A stretch of 20,000 bases of DNA from the sequence record SRR31156797_8657. The stretch is one strand, 5' to 3'. The notes below the pieces were generated by a model. The model was not told the origin of the DNA. It did no database searches and was given only the letters and a program-made list of their open reading frames with translations. Positions 1-8,891 of the stretch are shown here, piece by piece; the first letter of the stretch is position 1, and each line of letters opens with the position of its first letter. Made by a program: the position numbers and the translations under genes.

Positions 1-1005
1 TTTCTTCTTACCATCTTTCGTCTTATTTTTACCCAGATCATAAACTGTCATATCAGAGGTAGTTCCAACAAATTCTATCGATTTATCCTTAAGAGTCAAA
101 TCTTGATAGTCAACATCCAGTAATCCAAAATCAACGATACCTTTATAGGTTGTTTTTACCATATCTTCATCTTCAAAATCAGCTGTATGCCCAATATTTG
201 CCTCATTAATAACTCCATCAGGCACAATTCCTTTTTCTTCCAATTCTATAATATTTGCATAGAAATTAAAGACCTCCGTATTTAAATCTAAAAACTGATC
301 ATTATCCAACGGACTGGTACCAAAAAATGCAGCCTCACCAATTCTAAAGTGATTGATTTCCGGTGGCACATTTCCTTGTTCCAACAATGGCAGTGTAATA
401 GAGCTACCACCCGAAATAAGATTGATCTTTTTATTGTATTTGTATTCAATCAACTTTTTGTAAAGTGTTAATTGCAATAACTTATCATAAGATGGCTCCA
501 CACCATACATACAACCTAAATTCGACCCTAGTCCAATCACCTCAATATTAGACAATTCAAACACCTTCTCATAAAAGTTCATAAGGTTATCGCGCTCTAT
601 ACCTTCACGTAGTTCACCCAATTCAATCATCAAAATAATTTGATGCGTTTTATTCTGTTTTTTGGCAGCTTTATTTAATGCCTGAATCGTATTGTAGGAT
701 GAGTTTAACGACACATCAGCATATTTCACCACTTCATCAGCATAAATGCGTGCAGGAGGTTTAATATAAATGGTTCTAAGTTCGGGATAAACTGCCTTTA
801 AGTTTTTTAAACTGGTAAGTCTACTATCTCCAACCGAATGCAACCCTTCTACTATCTCTGGTACCAGTATTCTTCTGAGAAACTCTTTGTCTCCTGAAAA
901 TACTTTCGTCACCAAACTCCATTTCACATTATACTTATCGAGATAATCGGTGATTTTGCGAATATTATTTTTTATTTCGTTAACTTTTATGGTTAAATGT
1001 GCCAT
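1..1005 (-). CDS. PLP-dependent alanine/ornithine racemase family protein (fold type III); 3' end truncated by the window edge
   Basis: Not in the ORF track. Manual translation from ATG at 1005-1003 is open to position 1 (335 codons): MAHLTIKVNEIKNNIRKITDYLDKYNVKWSLVTKVFSGD... It has the putative PLP lysine in VTK(34)VF, plus GDSR, MIELGELREG, GSNLGC(165)MYG, SGGSS, HFRIGEA and VGTTSDM motifs typical of the ornithine-racemase-like group. Confidence 0.88.
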   Translation of the reverse strand, partial: MAHLTIKVNEIKNNIRKITDYLDKYNVKWSLVTKVFSGDKEFLRRILVPEIVEGLHSVGDSRLTSLKNLKAVYPELRTIYIKPPARIYADEVVKYADVSLNSSYNTIQALNKAAKKQNKTHQIILMIELGELREGIERDNLMNFYEKVFELSNIEVIGLGSNLGCMYGVEPSYDKLLQLTLYKKLIEYKYNKKINLISGGSSITLPLLEQGNVPPEINHFRIGEAAFFGTSPLDNDQFLDLNTEVFNFYANIIELEEKGIVPDGVINEANIGHTADFEDEDMVKTTYKGIVDFGLLDVDYQDLTLKDKSIEFVGTTSDMTVYDLGKNKTKDGKKK

Positions 1006-1025
1006 AAGTTTTTATTTGGTTCAAC

Positions 1026-1069
1026 AAAAAGAATAACCTTAAAGCGCGAATATCTTGCCAAGGTTATTC
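1026..1069 (-). terminator. Hairpin followed by a U-tract between the GNAT and racemase genes (possible terminator, attenuator or processing stem)
   Basis: Perfect 10-bp inverted repeat GAATAACCTT (1031-1040) / AAGGTTATTC (1060-1069) with a 19-nt loop. On the minus strand it is followed by TTTTT (complement of 1026-1030). Confidence 0.5.
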
Positions 1070-1104
1070 CTTAATTCTTTTAATAAGCTTAAATCTTCAA
1101 ATAA

Positions 1105-1548
1105 TTATTTGTTATCATATCTCATTTCAGCATACTTGCTTGTAAATCCTAATCTTTCATATAGTCGTTTAGCCGGATTATCATATTCTACATGTAATTT
1201 TACACTACCCTCTGCTTCTTTAAACGATCTTTTCACTATTTGACCACCAAATCCCTTTCCACGATAAGAAGGATCAACTGCCACATAAACCAAAATATTA
1301 TCTGGTATATAGCCATTCATCCCAGTCTTATTCATAATCAAACCACCTACTAATTTTTTCTCGTAATACGCTGCCAAAAGGAAACCACCTGGTTTATTAT
1401 TCAATCCAAAAGCATAATCAATGGATTTATTGATATCTGGTTTTGGATCACCAAATTTGTCAAGATGAGTAAACATAAAATCTACAAATTCATCTCTTGA
1501 AATTTCTTTAAATTCTTCTTCGCTTGTGATTTTTACAATTTCTAACAT
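1105..1548 (-). CDS. GNAT family N-acetyltransferase
   Basis: 147 aa with the acetyl-CoA motif A (VAVDPSYRGKGFGGQIV) and motif B (HVEYDNPAKRLYERLGF). Confidence 0.92.
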   Translation of the reverse strand: MLEIVKITSEEEFKEISRDEFVDFMFTHLDKFGDPKPDINKSIDYAFGLNNKPGGFLLAAYYEKKLVGGLIMNKTGMNGYIPDNILVYVAVDPSYRGKGFGGQIVKRSFKEAEGSVKLHVEYDNPAKRLYERLGFTSKYAEMRYDNK

Positions 1549-1710
1549 AATTAATATTTAGTTTTTGGTTCGTCTACATTATATCAATTTTATTTTAATT
1601 TCAAAATAGAATCTCATAAAAATGATTTTAGGTATTATTACTGATGTATTGTCGCATAATAATGACTATTTTGCATTGGATAATGAGAAATTATAAATCC
1701 TTTTACCCCA

Positions 1711-4338
1711 ATGCCTTTAAACAAAAACAATAAGCTTGATTCAATGTTGCCTCAGCTAAATACTTTTTGCTGGGAAATTGATATTGCAAAACAAGCGATT
1801 TCATTTGATGAAACAGCGATTCAGGTATTTGGAAAAAACTTTAAGTTATCGCAATCTTTAAATTCTTTTATTCAGCTATTAGATAAAAACTCACAAGCCT
1901 CTTTTGAACAAGTTTTTTCAAGTCCGCTTTTAAATGATTCAATTCAGATTTATATAAATGTAAAAACAGAATTACATGAAATAAGCATTATACTTAATGG
2001 AAGCAATAATCTTAAACATAATAATAGTATCCAGGGAATTGGTTTTCCTTTAAATCAAAATGTTCAATATCAGCAAAACTCAAACCTTTTAGAATCAGCC
2101 ATTCTTGAAAAGGCACCACTAATGTTTAGTATTACTGATCAAGAAGGTAATATTTCTTATATCAATTCTGAATTTTCAAAGATAACCGGATATTCTAAAG
2201 AGGAATTAAAAAACGAAAACATCCGTATACTTAAATCAGGATTTCACAGCAATTCGTTTTACAAAAACCTTTGGGAAACCATCAAAAAAGGGAAAACATG
2301 GGAAGGAAAGTTCCTAAATCAAACTAAAAGTGGCCAAAAATACTGGGAAAGAGCTATCATTTCACCTTATTTAGATGAAAGATCTGGCTTTTCAGGATAT
2401 ATTAAGGCCTCAGAAGATATTTCTCAAAAGGAAAACATCAAAAAGCAGCTTCAAGCAGAAAGAAACCTATTTTTGGCCGGGCCAGTGATTGTGCTAAAAT
2501 GGGACACAGCGGTTAATGGCAGAATTGAATATGCTTCACCCAACATAAATGATGTACTAGGATATACTCCTGAAGAATTTATCCATGATGTTAACTATAT
2601 TGACATTATTCACCCAGCCGACCGGGAACAAATTGTATCCGAAACACAAAAATATATTGATCTCAATGAAACTTGTTCTTTTAAACAAGCTTATCGATTA
2701 AAAGCAAAAAATGGATCATACAGACATATCATTGACCATACAAGCATTGAAATAGATGAAAAACAAGAATTTGTAAACTTTAGCGGCTATCTTTATGACA
2801 ATACAGACTTTGTTGAAGCACAAGCCGAATTAAAGAAAAGTCAAATAAAATATAAAGATGTTTTTAATACCGCTGGAGTTGGTATTATTTATACTAACAA
2901 AGAGGGTATTATAGTTGATACGAACCGAAAATTTGAAGAGCTTATTTTCGCTAAGCCTAGAGAGCTTGTTGGGAAATCTGCCATGGAGTTATTAAATACA
3001 AAATTAACAGGTAAAGATACAATAGAGCTGCTTCCAATTTTATTTCACATACTTAAAGGAAATAAAATTGAACCAAAACAAATACATGTTCAGGACAAAT
3101 ACTACGAGATACAATCAGACTACAACCCTCACCTGCAGAGCAATATAGGCATCCTAAGAGACATTACCGAACAAAAAATTGCAAGCGAAAAGGTTAAAGA
3201 AAGTGAGAAAAAATATAAGTACCTCATCAACAATATGAATGATGGTCTAATGATAACTAATGCCAACGATAGAATTAGTTTCATGAACAAGGCATCTAAG
3301 AAAATTTTTGAAGAGGACCTGGACACAGCAAAGCACAAATCCATCTCAGATTTTGCCACTTCAACTTCAAAAGATGTAATACAGCAGCAACTTGACCTAA
3401 GAAGAAAAGGAAAAACAACTACCTATTTTATCGAAATTATTACCAAAAATAACATCAAAAAGAATCTGGAAATTACAGCTTCTCCATTATTTGAGAATGA
3501 GGAATACTCTGGAGCGTATGGAATTATTAGAGATATATCAGAACAAATTCAGTCAGAAATAGAGCTCAAATCAGCCTACAGCCAACTAAAACTAATAAAT
3601 AGAAAGTTACAAGAACATGCTCAAGAACTTGAAATTGCAAAAGAAAAAGCTGAAGAAAGCGAACGATTAAAAACTGCATTTTTGGCCAACATATCTCATG
3701 AAATACGTACTCCTATGAATGGTATTGTTGGTTTTGCCCAATTATCAATGAATCCGGGACTTCCAGAGGAAAAAAGAAACAATTATCTTCAAATTGTAAC
3801 AGACAGCACATTGCAGCTAGAATCAGTTGTAATGGATATTATTGACCTCTCTAAAATAGAAGGAGGTGAAGCCAGGTTTAATAAAAAGGAAACAAACATT
3901 GAAGAACTTATAAATGAAGCATTTGAAAGTTATGAAAAAGATGCTATTGAAAAAAACCTGGAGTATTCATGGAAAAAACTTTGCATTCTGCACCCTATTA
4001 GTACTGATAAAATTCGCTTTAGGCAAGTGCTTAAAATTTTACTTAATAATGCCATCAAATTCACATCAGAAGGTAGAATCACCTTAACCTGTGATCGCTC
4101 TGATAATGAAATTATTATCAAAGTTATAGATTCAGGAATAGGAATTGATTCGGAACACTTCGAAATGATTTTTGAACCATTTAGGCAGGTTGAAATGGCT
4201 ATGAAACGCAGATTTGGGGGCACGGGTCTTGGACTTGCAATAGCTAAAAAGATAGCTGATACACTTGGCGGTAGTATTACAGTTGAATCAGAATTAGGTA
4301 AAGGAAGCACTTTTACTTTTACTCATCCAACCTTTTAA
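1711..4338 (+). CDS. Cytoplasmic multi-PAS sensor histidine kinase (HisKA + HATPase_c, no receiver domain)
   Basis: 875 aa with about four PAS/PAC units. H-box FLANISHEIRTPMNGI, N-box ILLNNAIKFT, G1 DSGIGI, F-box IFEPFRQ, G2 GGTGLGL. No hydrophobic transmembrane segment is apparent. Confidence 0.93.
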   Translation: MPLNKNNKLDSMLPQLNTFCWEIDIAKQAISFDETAIQVFGKNFKLSQSLNSFIQLLDKNSQASFEQVFSSPLLNDSIQIYINVKTELHEISIILNGSNNLKHNNSIQGIGFPLNQNVQYQQNSNLLESAILEKAPLMFSITDQEGNISYINSEFSKITGYSKEELKNENIRILKSGFHSNSFYKNLWETIKKGKTWEGKFLNQTKSGQKYWERAIISPYLDERSGFSGYIKASEDISQKENIKKQLQAERNLFLAGPVIVLKWDTAVNGRIEYASPNINDVLGYTPEEFIHDVNYIDIIHPADREQIVSETQKYIDLNETCSFKQAYRLKAKNGSYRHIIDHTSIEIDEKQEFVNFSGYLYDNTDFVEAQAELKKSQIKYKDVFNTAGVGIIYTNKEGIIVDTNRKFEELIFAKPRELVGKSAMELLNTKLTGKDTIELLPILFHILKGNKIEPKQIHVQDKYYEIQSDYNPHLQSNIGILRDITEQKIASEKVKESEKKYKYLINNMNDGLMITNANDRISFMNKASKKIFEEDLDTAKHKSISDFATSTSKDVIQQQLDLRRKGKTTTYFIEIITKNNIKKNLEITASPLFENEEYSGAYGIIRDISEQIQSEIELKSAYSQLKLINRKLQEHAQELEIAKEKAEESERLKTAFLANISHEIRTPMNGIVGFAQLSMNPGLPEEKRNNYLQIVTDSTLQLESVVMDIIDLSKIEGGEARFNKKETNIEELINEAFESYEKDAIEKNLEYSWKKLCILHPISTDKIRFRQVLKILLNNAIKFTSEGRITLTCDRSDNEIIIKVIDSGIGIDSEHFEMIFEPFRQVEMAMKRRFGGTGLGLAIAKKIADTLGGSITVESELGKGSTFTFTHPTF

Positions 4339-4382
4339 CCTACCCTTTTCAATTACATTTAAACTGAGTTCAATAAAAACCT

Positions 4383-4390
4383 TATCTTTG
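4383..4390 (+). promoter_or_regulatory. Bacteroidota sigma-A -7 element upstream of yicC
   Basis: TATCTTTG matches TAnnTTTG and ends 17 nt before the ATG at 4408. Confidence 0.6.
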
Positions 4391-4407
4391 GGATCAAAAT
4401 TCCATAT

Positions 4408-5283
4408 ATGATATATTCAATGACTGGCTACGGAAGGGTAGTAAAAGATATTCCCGGAAAGAAAATAACCGTAGAAATTAAAACATTAAATAGTAAGCAA
4501 TTCGATCTTAGCGTCAGAGTGCCAAGTTATTACCGCGAAAAAGAATTAGAAATCCGTAACAAACTGGCTAAAAAACTTGTACGTGGAAAAATAGACTTCT
4601 CAATGTATGTGGAGTTAATTGAAGAACAAACCAATACAAGCATAAACGAAGCTGTTTATAAAGGCTATTTAAACCAACTGGAAAGTATCTATAAAAGTAT
4701 AGGAAAGGAGCTACCTTCTGCTGCAACTACAGATATTCTCAGACTTCCTGATGTATTGATTGCTGAACATGCCGAATTGGACGAAGCTGAGTGGGCGCAA
4801 ATCAATGCAATTATTGAAGAGGCTGTAGAAAGTTGCAATAATTATAGAAAGCAGGAAGGTGAAGCAATGTATGTTGATTTGAAAAGTAGAATTGACAATA
4901 TCGAAACTTTGCGCAAAGAAATAGAACCCATTGAAAAAGAGCGCATTAAAACAATTAAAGAACGCATAAGAACAAAACTGGAAGAGTTTATTGATCCTGC
5001 TAAAGTTGATGAAAACCGCTTCGAGCAGGAACTAATTCATTTCCTGGACAAATTAGATGTGAACGAAGAAATGGTTAGATTATCTAATCACTGTGAATAC
5101 TTCTTGCAAACTATGGAAGAAGACGGAGCGAATGGAAAAAAATTAGGTTTTATTAGCCAGGAAATTGGAAGAGAGATAAACACACTTGGATCAAAAGCCA
5201 ATGAAGCCGGCATGCAAAAGCTGGTTGTGCGCATGAAAGATCAATTAGAAAAAGTTAAAGAACAAGCGCTGAATATCTTATAA
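4408..5283 (+). CDS. yicC: YicC/YloC family endoribonuclease
   Basis: N-terminal SMTGYG, EIKTLNSK, and C-terminal GKKLGFISQEIGREINTLGSK...KEQALNI. Sits directly upstream of gmk, the usual position. Confidence 0.93.
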   Translation: MIYSMTGYGRVVKDIPGKKITVEIKTLNSKQFDLSVRVPSYYREKELEIRNKLAKKLVRGKIDFSMYVELIEEQTNTSINEAVYKGYLNQLESIYKSIGKELPSAATTDILRLPDVLIAEHAELDEAEWAQINAIIEEAVESCNNYRKQEGEAMYVDLKSRIDNIETLRKEIEPIEKERIKTIKERIRTKLEEFIDPAKVDENRFEQELIHFLDKLDVNEEMVRLSNHCEYFLQTMEEDGANGKKLGFISQEIGREINTLGSKANEAGMQKLVVRMKDQLEKVKEQALNIL

Positions 5284-5849
5284 TGAACGGAAAACTAATC
5301 ATAGTTTCAGCACCTTCCGGAAGTGGTAAAAGTACATTGGTTTCATATTTAATGGAACACATTCAGGAATTAATGTTTTCAATTTCTGCCACAAGTCGCA
5401 GCCCAAGAGGGACAGAAAAAAATGGTGTGGAATACTATTTTCTTTCGAAAGAAGAATTTGAATTCAAAATATCCAACGATGAATTTGTAGAATGGGAAGA
5501 AGTATATGCCGGTCGATACTATGGAACATTAAAATCAGAAGTAAATCGCATAAGAGAAAACGGTAAATCTGTTATTTTCGATGTAGATGTAGTGGGCGGT
5601 GTCAATATCAAGAAATTGTATAAAGAAGAAGCACTTTCGATTTTCATAAAACCTCCATCAATCGAAGAACTTAGAAACAGATTAGAATCAAGAGGAACTG
5701 ATAGTGCCGAAGAAATAAATAAAAGAATTGAAAAAGCATCTTTTGAGCTTGAATTTCAAAACAAATTCGACAAAACTATTGTAAACGATAACCTGGAAAC
5801 AGCTCAAAATGAGCTCGTTCAGTTAGTAAAGGCATTTTTAATAAAATAA
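5283..5849 (+). CDS. gmk: Guanylate kinase
   Basis: P-loop SAPSGSGKST, SATSRSPRGTEKNGVEYYF, YYGT and FDVDVVG motifs. TAATG stop/start overlap with yicC. Confidence 0.96.
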   Translation: MNGKLIIVSAPSGSGKSTLVSYLMEHIQELMFSISATSRSPRGTEKNGVEYYFLSKEEFEFKISNDEFVEWEEVYAGRYYGTLKSEVNRIRENGKSVIFDVDVVGGVNIKKLYKEEALSIFIKPPSIEELRNRLESRGTDSAEEINKRIEKASFELEFQNKFDKTIVNDNLETAQNELVQLVKAFLIK

Positions 5850-5858
5850 TGGATCGTC

Positions 5859-6446
5859 ATGGAAAATAATCAAATTACCGGATTGTTTTTTGGTTCATTT
5901 AACCCCATTCATATTGGACATTTGGCCATTGCCAACTATATGGTTGAATATTCTGACATGAAGCAAATTTGGTTTGTGGTATCCCCACAATCACCATTCA
6001 AACAACAAAACAATTTACTTGATAATTACCAAAGGCTTGAACTTGTGCATTTGGCCATTGATGATGATGAAAGATTCAGAGCATCTGATATTGAATTTCA
6101 AATGCCTACACCCTCCTACACCATTGACACACTCACCTATCTTCAAGAAAAATATCCCAAAAGAAAATTTGCATTAATTATGGGTGCAGATAATCTGTAT
6201 CATTTTAACAAATGGAAGAATTTTGAATCAATTAGAGATAATTTCCTCATCTATGTTTATCCAAGGCCTGGCATAAGAAAAGATGAGTGCCCATATTTTA
6301 AAAATCTGCATTGGGTAGATTCCCCTATAATGGAAATATCATCTAGTTTTATCAGAAATGCCATCAAAGAGAAAAAAGATATTCGTTTCTTTTTACAACC
6401 AAAAGTCTGGAAATATATAGATGAAATGAACTTCTACCGAAGTTAA
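5859..6446 (+). CDS. nadD: Nicotinate-nucleotide adenylyltransferase
   Basis: GSFNPIHIGH, SYTIDT, IMGADN..F.KWK and ISSS motifs. Confidence 0.96.
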   Translation: MENNQITGLFFGSFNPIHIGHLAIANYMVEYSDMKQIWFVVSPQSPFKQQNNLLDNYQRLELVHLAIDDDERFRASDIEFQMPTPSYTIDTLTYLQEKYPKRKFALIMGADNLYHFNKWKNFESIRDNFLIYVYPRPGIRKDECPYFKNLHWVDSPIMEISSSFIRNAIKEKKDIRFFLQPKVWKYIDEMNFYRS

Positions 6447-6469
6447 TCGTATAACTTATAAGAGCTATT

Positions 6470-6958
6470 ATGGATAGAAAAACACTCAAAATATTACAAA
6501 GCGCAGCCTTAATTCTTTTAGGAATATGGATTTTAAGTAGTCCTTCTATGGCGCTCGTTACCATCATCAGATTAATTGGTATTGGAATAGCTATAAGTGC
6601 ATTCACAATTCTGCTGATGGCATCAAAAGAAGATCCCGGCCTCTTAAAAAGCATGCATAATCTAGGAGGAGTTTTAAGTCTCGCAGTTGGAATTGTTTTC
6701 ATTGCCAGTCCTCATTTCATCTTAAGTTTTTTTATCATTATTTTAGGAATACTGCTTCTCCTTGGTGGATTGATTGGTCTTTCTGCTGCTTACAGAACAA
6801 CTGGATCATGGTTTCACCGTGATTCGATTCGGAATATATTACTGATTCTGATTGGTCTGCTAATGCTGATTGGACCATTTGAAACTGGCAGTACAATTGC
6901 TATACTCATTGGTGCATCAGCAATTTTATATGGTATTTTTAACCTAACTAAGAACTAA
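6470..6958 (+). CDS. DUF308/HdeD-family integral membrane protein
   Basis: 162 aa with about six hydrophobic helices arranged as repeated 'G-hydrophobic-P' helical hairpins, typical of DUF308. Confidence 0.75.
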   Translation: MDRKTLKILQSAALILLGIWILSSPSMALVTIIRLIGIGIAISAFTILLMASKEDPGLLKSMHNLGGVLSLAVGIVFIASPHFILSFFIIILGILLLLGGLIGLSAAYRTTGSWFHRDSIRNILLILIGLLMLIGPFETGSTIAILIGASAILYGIFNLTKN

Positions 6959-7008
6959 AAACACCACCATATAAACTTCATTTTTTACTTCATTCTAACT
7001 CAAAATTC

Positions 7009-7016
7009 TATCTTTG
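7009..7016 (+). promoter_or_regulatory. Bacteroidota -7 promoter element upstream of the amn-holA-helicase operon
   Basis: TATCTTTG (TAnnTTTG) ends 34 nt before the ATG at 7051. Confidence 0.6.
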
Positions 7017-7050
7017 TGTAACGAATAACTCATGCAAATATTTAAACAGT

Positions 7051-7830
7051 ATGACAAGCTTACGCACAAAAAACGACATCGTAAATAACTGGCTACCAAG
7101 ATACACAGGAAGAAAACTAGAGGATTTCGGTAAATATATTTTGCTCACAAACTTCCAAAATTATGTACAACTTTTTGCCGAATGGCATAATGTTCCGGTT
7201 TTGGGTGAAGATAAAATGATGCCCAATGCATCAGCAGATGGAACAACAATTATAAATTTCGGTATCGGAAGTCCAAATGCAGCCACAATAATGGACCTAC
7301 TCACAGCAATTGCTCCAAAAGGTGTGCTTTTCCTTGGTAAATGTGGCGGATTAAAGAAAAAGAATAAAGTTGGTGATTTGATTTTACCGATTGCAGCCAT
7401 CCGAAGTGAGGGTACATCAAATGATTACCTTCCACCGGAAGTACCATCTCTACCGGCATTTAATCTACAAAGAGCCATTTCTTCTACTATTCGTGATTAT
7501 AACCGAGATTATTGGACAGGAACTGTTTTCACCACCAACAAGCGAGTTTGGGAATATGATGAACGATTTAAAAAGTATTTGCAAAAAACAAGGGCCATGG
7601 CTATCGATATGGAGACAGCTACAATATTTTCTGTGGGATTTTACAATTCAATACCCACAGGTGCCTTGCTGTTAGTTTCTGATCAACCTATGATTTCAAC
7701 CGGAGTAAAAACTGAAAAAAGTGATGAAAAAGTAACGCAAAAGTTTGTTCAGGACCACATACGTATTGGAATAGACGCCTTGAAAGAAATTGATAAAAAT
7801 GGCGAAAGTGTAAAACATCTTAAGTTTTAA
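7051..7830 (+). CDS. amn: AMP nucleosidase (short PNP/UDP-phosphorylase-fold type)
   Basis: NWLPRYTG, YILLTNF, NFGIGSPNAATIMDLL, FLGKCGG, AIDMETAT and GALLLVSD motifs. Confidence 0.9.
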   Translation: MTSLRTKNDIVNNWLPRYTGRKLEDFGKYILLTNFQNYVQLFAEWHNVPVLGEDKMMPNASADGTTIINFGIGSPNAATIMDLLTAIAPKGVLFLGKCGGLKKKNKVGDLILPIAAIRSEGTSNDYLPPEVPSLPAFNLQRAISSTIRDYNRDYWTGTVFTTNKRVWEYDERFKKYLQKTRAMAIDMETATIFSVGFYNSIPTGALLLVSDQPMISTGVKTEKSDEKVTQKFVQDHIRIGIDALKEIDKNGESVKHLKF

Positions 7831-7832
7831 GC

Positions 7833-8891
7833 ATGGCAGAGAAGACATTTGAAGAAATAATTGCAGATATCAAGCAAAAAAATATTCAACCAGTATATTT
7901 TCTGTATGGTGAAGAAGGCTTCTTTATTGACCGAATTACAGAAGAAATTTCAATCAATGCCCTTCCAGAAGAGGAGCGCTCATTTAATCAGACTGTTATG
8001 TATGGTGGCGACGTTGAACTGGCAGATGTGGTAATGGCTGCCAGACGTTTCCCTATGATGGCTGAAAAACAAGTAATTATTGTAAAAGAAGGTCAGGAAA
8101 TATCTGGTATTGCAGGTGAAGTGAATGAATCACAAAAGGCTGAAAATAAAGATAATCCACTAACAGTTTATCTTCAAAACCCTGCTGAAACAACCATTCT
8201 TGTAATCAACTATCGAAAGAAAAAACTCGATAAAAGAACACGTTTCTATAAAAGTCTGCAGAGCAAAGGTGTAATATTCGAATCGACTAAATTATACGAT
8301 AAAAAGCTCAATGGTTGGATTGAAAAGTATATCAAATCAAAAGGTTTTGATATTGTTGATCAGGCTGTTCAATTGCTGGCGACCTACCTCGGGAATGACC
8401 TTGATAAACTGGTAAATGAGTTGAATAAACTAGCCGTACTTTTACCTGCAAAATCAACCATTACAGCCACTCATATTGAGAAAAACGTAGGTATCAGTAA
8501 AGATTACAACGCATTTGAATTATGGAAAGCCATTGCAACAAAAAATGCCACAAAAGCACATGAAATTGCATTCTATTTCTCAAAAAATACTAAAGACCAC
8601 CACATTGCTATTACTATTACGGTATTATTCAACAATTTTGTAAGCTTACTCAAATATCATCAATTAGCTGAAAAAGGAACTCCTCATCAAACTATTGCTC
8701 AAAAATTGCGATTGAACTACTTTCAGCAACAAGATATAAAAGCAGCAGCGAGAAATTACGCCAAAGCAAGAGCTGTAAGAATTATAAGCCTTTTGAGGCA
8801 TTATGATGCAAGATCTAAAGGTGTAATGGGTGAAAATACAGATATTGGAGAATTAACTAAGGAACTTGTCGCCACAATCTTATACTATTAA
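7833..8891 (+). CDS. holA: DNA polymerase III subunit delta
   Basis: PVYFLYGEEGFFID, FNQTVMYG, ARRFPMMAEKQVIIVKE and GISKDYNAFEL motifs of Bacteroidota HolA. Confidence 0.93.
   Translation: MAEKTFEEIIADIKQKNIQPVYFLYGEEGFFIDRITEEISINALPEEERSFNQTVMYGGDVELADVVMAARRFPMMAEKQVIIVKEGQEISGIAGEVNESQKAENKDNPLTVYLQNPAETTILVINYRKKKLDKRTRFYKSLQSKGVIFESTKLYDKKLNGWIEKYIKSKGFDIVDQAVQLLATYLGNDLDKLVNELNKLAVLLPAKSTITATHIEKNVGISKDYNAFELWKAIATKNATKAHEIAFYFSKNTKDHHIAITITVLFNNFVSLLKYHQLAEKGTPHQTIAQKLRLNYFQQQDIKAAARNYAKARAVRIISLLRHYDARSKGVMGENTDIGELTKELVATILYY

Noticed and set aside
1055..1243. 62-aa plus-strand ORF
   Set aside because: Antisense shadow of the GNAT gene with a TTG start and no motifs.
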